NCBI RefSeq assembly: GCF_009914755.1
Contig: NC_060936.1
Reading direction: 5' to 3' (one strand)
Source: the human T2T-CHM13v2.0 reference genome, Homo sapiens
Length of the DNA: 64,000 nt
Under the pieces are notes generated by a model that was given only the letters and a program-made list of their open reading frames with translations, made no database searches and was not told where the DNA came from. The position numbers and the translations under genes are program-made. This document shows positions 1-12,685 of the stretch, piece by piece (position 1 is the first letter of the stretch; each line of letters begins with the position of its first letter).

Positions 1-138
1 CGAGGTCAGCCAGACCTGGGGTTTTCAGGCTCAAATACTCACTGTGTATGCCACAACCTCTACTGCCTCAGTTTCCCCACCTGTAAAATCTGTAATAATG
101 CCTGTCAGAGTTGTTGGGAGGATTAAAAGAGCATAATA

Positions 139-448
<310 letters not shown>

Positions 449-1037
449 TCACTCCATGAATGGGCTAACTGCTATTCCATACCCCTTAGCCGATGCCGCC
501 TGGGTCCCCTTCCATCTCCCAGGGGCTTCTGCTGTGCGAGCACCAACCCTCCAGTTTGCAGTTTCTCTTAAGAAATCTTTCTTGAAGAAACTCACACCAT
601 GATCTTCTGGCCACAGGGCCAGTGATTTCACCAGGTAGGACTCACTGGCTTACAAGTAATAGAAACCCCATTAAACCACCTCAAGGAAACTGGGGTGCCT
701 CATGGAACCTAAGGAAAAGTTGAATAGCCAGTCGCTGGGAAGAACCCCTTGGGAAACGCAGGAAACATTCTCCCTCTCTTCTCCCCCGTGTCTCCATCTC
801 TCTCCCTCCCTACGCCTGCTTCTCACATGGCTGCACTCACTTCCTCCAGCCCACTGACCTCCCTGCCATTCCTACAGCATGTCAAGCACCCTGCCACCTA
901 GCGGCCTTCGTACCTGCTGTGCCCTCTACCCAGTACCCTCTTCCTCAGATCTCCCCTTATTCGCTACTCTCCTTCAAGTCATGGCTCAGATGTCACCTGG
1001 GTAGTACCTTCCCTGACAAGCTGATTAAAGTTGCAAC

Positions 1038-1250
1038 CCCAGTCTGGACAACATGGCCAAACCCCGTCTCTACAAAATATACAAAAATTAGCCAGGTGTG
1101 GTGGTGCACACCTGTAGTCCTAGCTACTTGGGAGGCTGAGATGGAAGGGTCAATTGAGCAAGTGAGGTTGAGGCTGCAGTGAGTTGTGATTGTGCCTCTG
1201 CACTCCAGCCTGGGCAACAGAGCAAGACCCTGTCTCAAAAACAGAAAAAA
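1038..1250 (+). mobile_element. Alu (5'-truncated, J-like)
   Basis: Alu right arm + tail. Confidence 0.85.
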
Positions 1251-1375
1251 CGGCAATCATATCTCCACCCTGAGCACGATCTGGATGATCTAGCCCCTCC
1301 CTGCTTACTCGCTTATTTCTTTAATCTTGGTCCACAAAAAAGGGGGTTAATAATGCTCTCATCAGCTTTTAATTA

Positions 1376-1680
<305 letters not shown>

Positions 1681-1879
1681 ATGTAATAAACACCTGTGAA
1701 ACCACTACCCAAACAAAAGCTAGGATCTTGACAGTGATTTACATCTTACCATATGGCCCCCCAACCTGTGGCGCCACGTTGCCCTCTTAATCCTCATCCT
1801 AAATCCTGTATTTATTCTTCCCTTGTTTCCCTTCATACAGTTTATTATCGCATATGTGTGCCCATAATTTTAGTTGCCG

Positions 1880-2280
1880 TTGACTTTATAAAAAGGGAAT
1901 CATGTTTATGTAACAGGACATTTTTCATTGAATATTCTATTTCAAAGATCCATCCATATTACGGCGTGTGGCTGTATAGTTCCTTCGTATTGAGTGCTGC
2001 GTAATATTTCATCGTGGGAATTAAACCATAATTTATTCATTTGTTCTCTCCAGATGGGCATTTGGGTTATTTCCCAGCTTTGACCACTGTGAACAGAGCT
2101 GCTATAAACATCCTTCTATGGGACTCCTGCTGTGAATGGGCAAGAATTTCTCCAAGGTCCATACTCCAGAGTAGAATTGCTGGACCATGGGGTGTATATG
2201 TGCTTAACTATCAGAGATAAAGCCGGGCTGTTTTCCAACATGGTTGCACCAAGTCACGTCCCCACCAGTAATGTCTAAGA
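1880..2280 (-). mobile_element. Old L1M fragment
   Basis: Resembles antisense L1 3' region (gatgggcatttgggtt...gctataaacatcc...agaattgctgga). Confidence 0.7.
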
Positions 2281-2624
2281 GGGCTTAATTTTTCTCCACT
2301 GCACTTACATTACAAGATGCACTCTATATTTGTGCATTTATTTACTTTTTCTCTCCTGCCACCTAGAAGGTCAGCTTCTAGGAGAGCAAGCGTTTTATGT
2401 CTTTTATTCATCATTGTATCTTCAGTGCCTAGAATGGTATCTGGCACATAGCAGGTGCTCAGTAAACATCATCTGATTAGATGAATAAATGGATGGCTCT
2501 AAATGGGCCCTAAAAGCTCGCAATATCACATATGATTAGCCCAACTACCTAGAGACAGGTTGACAACCATCTCTCAGTTTTAATCCCTTAAATCCAGGGA
2601 AAGAACCATTGGCCAAAGCCTACA

Positions 2625-2742
2625 AATACCTGGACCCCCCAGCCAACTACATCAGTTTCTGAGGGTGGGGCTTGGACATGGGTAATTTGTATGCACTCTG
2701 CAGGAGATTCTCACATGAATCCAGGGTGGGACCCAGTGCTCT
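2625..2742. mobile_element. MER5-like hAT fragment
   Basis: cctggacccc...atcagtttctgagggtgggg...gattct...cagtgct pattern. Confidence 0.5.
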
Positions 2743-3479
2743 GGGGTGGGGAGGGCGTTCATCTCACCATCTCGCCCATAGATGCTCAAGCTGCTTTCAA
2801 CTCCGGCTGTATGTGAATTTCAGAGCAAGACCCTGGGATGAATCTGTGCTCACCTGGAACCAGCCTCTGCCTGGTGATGGGGAGACACTGCTCCCAGGAA
2901 CCATGACCTGCACACATGGCCACGAGAGCAGTGCCCACCTTAACCTTGGGCCTGCAGACCCTCCTCGCTAAGCAAAGCCGGCTGTGGATGTCACCCTTCT
3001 GAGGCTTCTCCAATTCTACTGCCCATTCTCAGCAGGCAGCAAAAGACCTTTCACCACTCGCACCCCACCAGTGTCCTACAGGCCCAAGGAACACTCTGAC
3101 TTCCAGGGGCCCCATTTCAGTCCCCAGAGACACCCAAACAGTCCTTCTCACTCTGTTTCCTGTTTTCCACTTAAACTTTTTCTCAACTGCTGAAGGGGAG
3201 GTCACAGCTGGTCTGCACAGAAGAATGTAGAGGGCTGGAGAGAAGGGCTCAAAAAAGCCTAACTCACTCGGCTCCACAGGCTGGGGACAGGGGTGGCATG
3301 TGTCTCCCAGGGCTCATACCCTAATGCACATGCCCCTAATACGGTCTTCAGTGTTACTCATCTTGTTTTGTGTCCCCTTCCAGACTCTCCTGTACCTAGA
3401 CCAGGGCTGGACATACAGTAGGTACTCAATAAAGTCTAGTTAATTCCAGGCTCTTTCCAACACAAATCAAATCACATCA

Positions 3480-4030
3480 AATTTTTAGTAATTCCCATGA
3501 CTCTTAGAATAAAATTGCAAACCCACACTGGGTCTTATAAGGCCCTGCATGGTAGCTCTGCCTCTTCTGGCCCCAGGCTCACCCCTCTTCTTTCTCAGTG
3601 GTTACTTGGTCTCCTTTCTGTTGCTTTAACACACCAAGCGCTTTCCCACCTCTGGGCCTTTGCACATCCCTGTTTCCTCTGATTTAATCATTCCCCCTCC
3701 TACCCCACTCAGCCACATTAAGACCTATGAATCCTTCAGGGAGTGGCTGAAACATCAACTCCTCTGAAAAGCCCTCCCTGATTCCTTAGACCTGATAAGA
3801 CCCCTGTTAGATGTCCTCACGATATCCTGTACTTTTCCCTCATAGTCTTTGCAAAAGTTTGGAATTAGACTTTGTGTGATTCTTGATTCATGTCCGACTT
3901 CCTCACTAGACTCTGAGACCCAGGAGGGCAGGGACCATGCTGCTGGTGTCAGCTCTCTATCTCAGCACGTAGCCCAGTGCCTGGCACATAGGAGGGCATC
4001 TGGTATTTTTTGGATGAATGGATGGATGGA
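3480..4030 (+). mobile_element. L2 3' fragment
   Basis: gggcctttgcacat...cagtgcctggcacatagga...tgaatg. Confidence 0.7.
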
Positions 4031-4065
4031 TGGATGGATGAATAAGTGGATAAGAGGAAGGAAGG

Positions 4066-4363
4066 GGCCGGGTGCGGTGACTCATGCCTGTAATCCCAGC
4101 ACTTCGGGAGGCCAAGGCAGGTGGATCATGAGGTCAGGAGATCAAGACCATCCTGGCCAACATGGTGAAACCCCATCTCTACTAAAAATATAAAAATTAG
4201 CTGGGCGTGGTGGCACGTGCCTCTAATTGCAGCTACTTGGGAGGCTGAGGCAGGAGAATCACTTGAACCAGGGAGTCAGAGGTTTCAGTGAGCTGAGATT
4301 GCGCCACTGTGCTCCAGCCTGGTGACAGAGCAAGATTCCATCTTAAAAAAATAAAAATAAAAA
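4066..4363 (+). mobile_element. Alu (S-like) with TSD aagaggaaggaagg
   Basis: Full dimer; direct repeat on both flanks. Confidence 0.93.
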
Positions 4364-4660
4364 GAGGAAGGAAGGAAGGAAGGGAGAGATGGAGGAAGGG
4401 AAGCAAGGAAGGTGGGAAATTTCATACATGAATGTATAGATGAATGGATGAATAAATGGATAGATGGATTGATGGATGGATGATGGGTGGGTGGGTGTAT
4501 GGATGAATGGATGATGGATGAGTGGGTGGATGGGTGAATGACTGGATGGATGGGTGGGTGGGTGGGTGGGTGGGTGGATGGATGGGTGGAATGGATGGAT
4601 GGAGGATGGGTGGATAGATGAATGGATAGACGGGTGGATGGATAAGTGGATGGTGGATGG
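4364..4660. repeat. (GGAA)n / (TGGA)n / (TGGG)n compound microsatellite
   Basis: Directly visible. Confidence 0.9.
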
Positions 4661-5399
4661 CAGAACAAAAAAAATGAGTTGGTCTCTTTCTGCCATCTTT
4701 CTGAGCTGCTATAATGGTGCATGTGAACGTCCTGGCCAGTGTTCTCAATAGCATCAACATGCTGAGAAGAGAAGCAAATACCAGGTTGTTTTAGGTTGTG
4801 TTCCAAAATCATCATCTAGTTTCTAAGTGTGATGATGAAGTTTAGTTTACATCAGTGAATTTGCAATCATCAATAATCACAGAGCTAGAAAAATCACTGT
4901 GGACCTCACAGGCAGGTTAAACAAGTGTACAGTGACAAGCCCCAGTTTGATGTGCAACTCAAAGATCTAGAAAAATGGTACCCCTATCCCCTTTGGTTTC
5001 ATTGTCCTGACAACCTCAGCTGGTATCAGGGATTGCAAGGAAGCAAGACAAAAATACACAGGAGGGAAAATCCTGGGATTGTTTTTCTAGGGATGTAATA
5101 AATTCATATGAATAAAATGCCTCAATGGACCAAAAAAAAAAAAAACAGTTCATGATTGATTGCTTTTGCTTTTGTCCTATTGACTTCCCCATTGGTATCT
5201 GAGCCATCCCTCCCATGAATTGTGGGCTCCTTGGTGGCCAAATTCCTTCCCTCTCCTTGGAATTCTTTTCTCCCCAAGTTCCCTGGGAGCAGAGTGTTGC
5301 ATTCCCAGATGTTCCAAACCCAGTTGAGAGGGGCCATTAAGGGCCACTCTGCACCAGATCCTCAGCTGGGTGCCATCCAGTAGTCACTCAACAAACACA

Positions 5400-5630
5400 G
5401 AGGCAGCATGGTGCTATGGGAGGTGCAAAAGCATTTGGGACTCAGACCCTAGCTCTGCCACTTACTCCTTGTGGGAACTTGGGTAAGCTACTTAGCCTTT
5501 CTGAGCTTCAGGAGGTTTTTTGTTTCCTTGTGTAAAATGAGGACAACATTACCTTCCTTGTGGGGCAGTTATGAAGAGTAGTAAGTATTATTTAAGTGCC
5601 TGGCACATAATAGGCACTCAGTAAATGACA
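5400..5630 (+). mobile_element. MIR
   Basis: ctagctctgccacttact...ctgagcttcag...tgtaaaatgagg...cctggcacataataggcactc. Confidence 0.75.
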
Positions 5631-7239
5631 CCCTTATGTAATGGGGCACCAGCCACACCACACCAAGATGAATATGATGGCTATCTCACTCTAGCAGGGA
5701 CAGATTTCATTTAAGAGGCTAATTGTGATACAGGGTGTCATGTCAAGGTATGGGCAAAGGAACACAGAGGAAGATGGGGTGAATTCAGGAAAGGCTTCCT
5801 GGAGGAGGTGACATTTAATCAGACCTTAAATAGCATTCGACAGGAAGTCCAGAGACACGAGTTCTTCTTTCCAATTTGCTGCTAAATCACCATGCGACCT
5901 TGAGCCAATCTCTTCTCCACTGTGGGATCCCCAGATCCTTCTACAACATAAGCTGGTTGAGCACCTGCTCTGAATCCGTTCAGTCACAGTCTCCTGTGAG
6001 AAGAATCTGCTGACAGCCAGAGCCCTTCTTCCCAGACATACAAGACACACAATGCCTAGACACACAAGTTTGCCTGTAATGGGAGAGGGGGACTTCATGG
6101 ACCCCAGAAGGCCATCCAGGGACCCTAGGCTAAAATCCCAGAACTCAGTGATCCTGTGGGAGTATCGTCAGACTTGGCCCTGCCCTATGCAAAGCCTCTC
6201 TCTTTAGTCTACAGCAGGTGAAAGCAAGCAGAATCATTGACCCAATCTGAAAAAGCCCATCCAACACTGGGCTGCAGGTCAGAGCAGGGGCCTGGGGAGG
6301 GGAGGTCCCTCCAGCTGGCCGGAGAGCCAGAGCTGGATTCTGGGAAAGCACCCCTGAGCAGCCTGCCCCTGACCCTGCCTAGTGTATCCCCATCTGCCCC
6401 GGGGAGGCAGGCGTGGGCTGCTCTGGGCAGGCGCCCAAACAGGCCACTGACCCCCGTCAGCCACCCAGGCTGGAGTTCCCGGACGCATCCTTCATCTTCC
6501 CCAATCTAAACACCCCCAGGCCCCAGGTGGTCCACCCCCCTCCCAGCCAATGTGTGTCTCAGCCGCATCCAGCTTGCTGGAGGACAGGGGGACTGGCCAT
6601 CCCGTTAACACTTGAGCCGCTGCCATTTCCAGCCTTCCCTTCCATCCAACCAATGCTCACCCACCATTTATTGAGCACCAGTTGTTTGCAGGTGGCTGTG
6701 AATGACATGGCAGAGGGCCTGCCCTTCTCTTCCTCCAGGATCTCACCTCCTGGCCAGGGTCCCCTCCCCTGGTCCCACCCCTCTCACCTGGAGCAGGTGG
6801 GTGCTTTGGGGGAAGTGGGCTCAGGGCTGGGAACTGGGTACTGGCAGGAGATTCAGATCGGGGTTGGTGTCTGGGCATCGCTCTAAGCTTTTGTGATCCT
6901 GGGCCTGGCTCTTACTCTCTCTGGCTTCAGTCTCCTCATCTGTACTCTTCAGATTCCACGGTTCCAACTGAGTCTGAATCAGGCCTTGTCAGCACCCTCC
7001 CACCCCCAGGAATAGTTAGAGGAGGAAAGGAGGCTAGCTCTGAATGCTTCAAGATCTTTCTTTAGACAGTCTCTGGATCTTATTCATTCATTCAAGCATT
7101 TATTGAGCACCTATTCAGTGCCAGGCCCTGGACTGGGAGACTGGAAATAAAGATGACAAAGATTCAAGCCCGTGACTCCTAAACATCCCACTCCCTGCCT
7201 CACGCTCTGCTTGGGGTCAGAAGGCCCCTTGGGGTCTCG

Positions 7240-8400
7240 GGAGGGCCTGGCCGAGGATTTGGGGCGCCCCGAGACTCGCGTGTCAGCGCCGGTGGCGCTC
7301 AGGGCCGAGATCTGTCTCCTCCCCTTCCTCCTCCTCCGCCCCCTCCCCTCTCCCTCCCGGAGCACGGCCGAGGCCTCCTCCCACCCGCGAGATCCCGGCG
7401 GCCGCCAGCCGGCTCCTGCGTCCGTCCGTCGGCCGGGCAGTCTGTCCACGCGCGGAAAGCTCGGCGCGGCGGCCGAGGGGCCTGGGAGGGAACGGGCGCG
7501 GAGGCGGGACCGCGGCTCCCTCCCACTCCGGGGGGAGCCCAGGAGGCGGCGGTGCTGGAGCGCGAGCCGGAGCCGGAGCCGGAGACGAAGAGAGGCGGTG
7601 AGAACGCGGGTGCTTAGGGACCCCACCCCCGGCTCCCGCTGGGGGCCCGCGAGCGGCTCGGGGACGTCTGGGCTGGGGAAGCGGGGCTGTTACCCCCAGG
7701 GCGGGAGGCAGAGACGATCCAGCTCCTGGCTTCGCCCCCTCCGCGACGCGACCCCCGAGGGGCCCTGGGCCGCGCCTGCAGCGCCGCGCATCCCCGTGCT
7801 TCCCGGCGCACCCCAGCGCACCCGGCATCCCCCCGGCAGGGCGAGGGCCCCGGGGGAAGGGAAGGCTCCGGGAGCCAAGGAGGGCGCCCCCCAGGCGGAG
7901 AGTCTCGGAAAACCGCGCCCCCGGCCCCTGCCTTCCCTCCAGGCCTGCCCCAAGGGAAAGCGGGCGGGGCGACCCCGTACGCCCCCCTTGCTGTCCCCCT
8001 TCGGTTCCCCATTGTTCTCAGCCGAATGCTCTCCTGGGAAGGGGGGAGGGGGTGCTGCGCTCTCCTCTTAAAGGGCCCTCTCCCCTCTTGTCTCCTGGCA
8101 GGTCGCGAGCACGAGTGGGGTGGGGCGTGCCCACGGGCCCCCGCCCCCCTCGTCCCCCTCGTCCCCCAGCCCAGCTCCGGAGCCGCAGTCCAGGCGCGCC
8201 GCCCGAGGGTCCACGCCGCACCCCTCCCCCGTGCGTTCTGCGGCCACCCAGGCCTTCCAGGACACCGTGGAGAGGGAACAAGGGGGCAGGGACGCCCCCT
8301 TCGGCAGGAGCCGTCGGAGAAGGGGGCCCAGACCGGAGGGAGGCGAGAAGCCCCACTGAAGCCGGGCGCAGGGTCTGGGACGCAGTTGGGAGTGCAAAGG
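7240..8400. promoter_or_regulatory. DTX1: CpG island / DTX1 promoter
   Basis: Very GC- and CpG-dense, repeat-free, GC boxes (ccgcccc, gggcgggg), upstream of the first coding exon. Confidence 0.9.
7383..7597 (+). other. DTX1: DTX1 non-coding exon 1 (5' end approximate)
   Basis: Donor GCG|gtgaga at 7597/7598 within the CpG island; matching acceptor tctcctggcag| at 8101/8102. Confidence 0.7.
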
Positions 8401-8845
8401 GCTGGCTGAGAGCCGCAGGAGCAGCAGGCTGTGGCCCAGGCCTCCTGGGTGACAGGCCCTGTCTGGCGGGGAAGAGGGACCAAGAGACAACACGGAAGAG
8501 GCTGGACCTCGAACAGGGGCGGCTGCCTCACTCCCTACCTGAGCCAGCCGAGGGGGCCAAGGACTTTAGAGCTGTTTCCTCCGGCATAAGAGAGACACTT
8601 GCTTTCCAGGGCAGCACCCTTTATCGGAGAAGGCTCTACAGGGAAGGGGTCTTTGCAGCCTGGATGGCCATCCCACATTCCTTTAACGGAGGTCTCTAGG
8701 CCTCAGAGAGAACCCAGAGTTAGAAAGGAGGCCAGACGGTCCTTGCTGTCCCCCTGGGGAGAGAGGAAGTTGCCGCCTGCTGCCAGGCCCAGGAGGAGCT
8801 GGGCCTGCAATAGTGGGGGACCTGGCCCCTGAGGCAGTGGCGGCC
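8102..8845 (+). other. DTX1: DTX1 exon 2, 5'UTR portion (744 nt)
   Basis: Pyrimidine tract + CAG ending at 8101; continuous to the ATG at 8846. Confidence 0.7.
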
Positions 8846-9104
8846 ATGTCACGGCCAGGCCACGGTGGGCTGATGCCTGTGAATGGTCTGGGCTTCCCAC
8901 CGCAGAACGTGGCCCGGGTGGTGGTGTGGGAGTGGCTGAATGAGCACAGCCGCTGGCGGCCCTACACGGCCACCGTGTGCCACCACATTGAGAACGTGCT
9001 GAAGGAGGACGCTCGCGGTTCCGTGGTCCTGGGGCAGGTGGACGCCCAGCTTGTGCCCTACATCATCGACCTGCAGTCCATGCACCAGTTTCGCCAGGAC
9101 ACAG
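8846..9104 (+). CDS. DTX1: DTX1 exon 2 coding part (WWE domain 1)
   Basis: gccATG MSRPGHGG...VVVWEWLNEHSRWRPY...FRQDT; donor CAG|gtgagc; 259 nt. Confidence 0.97.
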
Positions 9105-9664
9105 GTGAGCAGACACCCACCCCATGCCACCCGCCCCGCCGAGCCATCACTACCTTGCAGTGTAGGATGCTGAAAATCCCAGTAAATCTGCTGATGCCAA
9201 ATCCCTTCCCCATCTCCCTGCCTCACCTCCAGAAAAACAGGGCAGTCTAACCTTGTCCAGTTTAAGACTTGGATTCCAATGCAGCCTCTGAGCAAGCTGT
9301 AGGGCCTTGAGCAAGTTGCATCATCTCTCTGAGCCTCAGTTTCCTCATCTGCAAAATGGGTAGATCAATATCTCTCACAGCTGAGTGAGGATTAAATAAA
9401 ATTGTGCTCACTGAGCACAGAACCTAGAACAGCAGTAGCATGGGATTGTAGAATAAGGGCTTTACATGCACTTCCTCATTTGATTTTTCCCAAGAATCAC
9501 AGGCAGTAAGTCTGTGTATTGTTGTATTATTATGAGTCCCATTTTATAGATGAAGAAACCGAGTCTCCCAGAAGCTGAGTGATTTAAACTCAGAGCTGGG
9601 ATTTAAACCCAGGCGGTTGAGTTCCAGAACCAAAGTTCTTAACTGGTATCCTATACTGGCTCCA

Positions 9665-10135
9665 AGTGTTGGTTTGGGGGGTGGAGTCGTGCTGGTGGTA
9701 ATTAATTGGGGATGGGGGGCGTTGGTGGTGTTGATGGTGGGGTGAGGTGGCAATGATGGAGGAGACAGTGTTAGTGGTTGTGTTGGTGGTGACTCAGTGA
9801 TAGTATTGATGGTGGTGGGGTCTTGGTGACAATGGAGGGATGGATGATGGTGACGTGGCAGTGTTGGTGGTGATGTCAGTGATAGCGTTAACCATGGGAT
9901 TCAGTGGTGTTGGTGACATTGATAGTTGTGTTGGTGGTGGTGCTGGAAGTGGTGTGATGGGGTGGTGATGATGGAGAAAATGAGAGAATGATGTTGGTGG
10001 CAGTCTTCGTGGCCATGTGGTGTGGCTGGTAGCCCTGTGTGTGGCTGTTACTTAGTGGTATTGGTGATCCTGTTGTGGTTGTAATGATGGTGATGTTGAT
10101 GGTTGCGTTGGTGGTAATGTGATGGCTGATGATGG
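9665..10135. repeat. Degenerate (GGT/TGG/TGA)n low-complexity tract
   Basis: Directly visible, ~470 nt, G/T-skewed. Confidence 0.85.
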
Positions 10136-10420
10136 AGATAAAATCGATGAGGTCCCACTCTCAGGCCTACTCTCTTTTGTTCTGGAGATTTGTCATCGTT
10201 GGGGAGATCTCCCTGAGTCATTGCCCGGTGGTATCTGTGACAAGCTCCATGGGCAGTGGGGACTGGTGGGGTCCTGCCGTGCAGAAGCAGCCTAGAAATC
10301 CTTGGCATGTTTGACCCCCCAAGGACCAGCTGATGGGGTTTGGGGAAGTTCCTATGAATCCCTGGATGACAGAACCACACGTAATAACCCCAGGCTGGTA
10401 GGATGCTCGCTTTCCCTCTA

Positions 10421-10630
10421 GAGCTGTGCCAACCAATATGTTAGCCACCAACCACATGTGGCTACTAAAATTTACATTAATTAAAACTAAGTAAAATGTA
10501 AAATCCAGTTCTTCAGTCTCACTAGCCACACTTCAAGTGCTCATAGCCACATGTGTCTTGTGGTACCTTGTGGGCCAGTGTAGATCCAGAACATTGCATT
10601 GTTGCAGAAAGTTCTATTACACCATGCTAG
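10421..10630 (-). mobile_element. MER3 (hAT-Charlie MITE)
   Basis: Matches recalled MER3 reverse complement: ccacatgtggcta...ttcaagtgctc...gcagaaagttctatt. Confidence 0.8.
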
Positions 10631-10869
10631 TTAGAAAGGAGGCCAGCCTTTCTAACTAGCACAGTCCAATATAAGTTTCTGCAATGATTGAACTTTCCAA
10701 TAGTCCGGAACATTGCTAGGTACCCACAGAGTGCTTACCATGTCTGGAAACACAGGCGAATTCATAACAAATGGCTTATTGATGGTACAGATTAGTACAT
10801 CTATGTTTCCGTAACTCCAGGCATTGACCACCATCACTGATGGTGCCAATTGTTCATGCATTCCATCAT

Positions 10870-11340
10870 ATGATTATTTATTGATCTCTGCTGTGTGTCA
10901 ATTTCTGTGCTAAGCACTGGAGTACAGCAGGGAGCAAGACAAAGTCATCAGTCGAGGTCTTGTGCTGGAGGACCTACACTGAAGGTCCTGGTGTGGTCAG
11001 GGAGCAAGCAAACATATCACCACAGAGACAATCAGTGGCAGATCCGAGAGCATGAACTAAACCTGGCCCAGAGGTACTCAGGGAAGGCTAGCCTGAGAAA
11101 GTGATGTTTGAACAGAGATCTGAAGAATGAGTGAGGGTGCCAGTGTCCCAGGCAGAGGGCACAGCCAGTGCAAAGGCCCTGGGGTAGGAAGGGGCAGAGG
11201 ACATTTAAGTCCGTTCTGTTTGGGATGCATCTCCCACCAAGGGGAAGATGGTGCAAGATGGCAGCTGAGCAAGGACCGGATGTACAGGCCTGGACAGCCA
11301 CGCAAAGAACTTTGAATTTGATCCAGAGAGTAGAAGTCAT
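10870..11340 (-). mobile_element. L2 fragment
   Basis: ccaggcagagggcacagccagtgcaaaggccctgggg. Confidence 0.65.
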
Positions 11341-12351
11341 CATTAGCTCCATGTGCCCATTCTTCCAGAGAGGCACCAAGGACCTGATGGAAGAAGGGGA
11401 AGTGTTGCACATTACCCGCCCCATTCTGTTTTCTCCTAGGGGTAGAGGGCAGGGCTGTGAGAGCAGAAGTGGGTAGGTGTCACTCCTTGCTAGGAGGTCT
11501 GGTGTTCTGCAGGTTCAGAGCTAATGCTGGGTGTAGAGATCTTCCGGGACCTAGCTGGGTTGGGTATGGGCGGCAGGGTCCTTAGAAGCAGGGACAGACT
11601 CCCCACAAGGCTGCCAAGTTGGCAACTTTACCTTTGATCCTCTTATCTTTGGGGGGACCCCCATTTCTATTCCCAGCATCCCCTTATGTTCCCGAGTCCC
11701 CAGACTTGCACACTCCCCTTTCATCAGGCCCCATTCTCTCAATAGTACCCCTTTTATGGTTCAGCCTCACTGGATCCCCCAGAAGTTCAGCTCTGGTCAC
11801 TTCCCCTCTCCCTCTCTCCAGAGCTGTTCACTCCACACCTGCCCCCTGTTTGCCGGAAAAGGGAAAAAAAACACTCATTCCTAAATGGACTCCTGGGAGC
11901 CTGCCAGGAACCCCCTCCCACCCCAACCAGAGAGGGAGGAAGGCCTGGAAACCTATTGCGATTGGCAGGAGACCTCAGCTGCCTGGGAACCTGCTGGAGA
12001 GTGGGGCAAGAGGCCTCCTCACCAGATATGTGAGGGTTTTTCCCTCGCTTTACCCAGGAGCAAAACAATGTCAAGAAAGGACGTCTTGTCCTCATTGGTA
12101 ACGCACTGGAAAAGAGCCTCAACCGGCAGGGAGCAGACCTGAGTGCCAACGGTGTGACCTCAGGCCTCTCCAGGTCTCAGTTTCCACATCCGTGAAATGG
12201 GTGAGAGGATCACCTCTCCAGCAGGGTTGTCGGGTTGAACAGAGAGAATCTGGCTGATTTTATCCCACAAACATCAACTAATTATCTACTGTGCATCTAG
12301 CACGTGCTCACCACTGTGGGTACAAGAGAGACAAGCAAAAGATCTTAAATC

Positions 12352-12657
12352 TTTTTTTTTTCTTCTTTTTTTGAGACAGTGTCTCACTCTGTCTCCCAGG
12401 CTAGAGTACAGTGGTGTGATGTCGGCTCACTGCAGCCTCTTTCCCCGGGTTCAAGTGATTCTCGTGCCTCAACCTCCCAAGTAGCTGGCATTACAGGCAA
12501 GCTACCACATACCACACCCGGCTAATTTTTGTATTTTTAGTAGAGATGGGGTTTTACCCTGTTGGCCAAGCTGGTCTTGAACTCCTGGCCTCAAGTGAGC
12601 CGCCCGCCTCGGCCTCCCAAAGTGCTGGGATTACAAGCGTGAGCCACTGTGCCTGGC
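12352..12657 (-). mobile_element. Alu
   Basis: polyT + antisense dimer. Confidence 0.92.
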
Positions 12658-12682
12658 TGTGAATCTTGAAAATATTATATTT

Positions 12683-12685
<3 letters not shown>

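Noticed and set aside
2013-2020. Perfect RBPJ motif CGTGGGAA
   Set aside because: Isolated in an AT-rich old L1 fragment with no supporting motifs; about two such 8-mers are expected by chance in 64 kb
4285-4815. His/Pro/Ser-rich ORFs
   Set aside because: Translation of the (TGGA)n microsatellite
7111-8699. Long ORFs (171-305 aa) on both strands over the promoter
   Set aside because: Low-complexity R/P/G/A products expected from a stop-poor CpG island; they cross the exon 1/intron 1 boundaries and resemble no family I know
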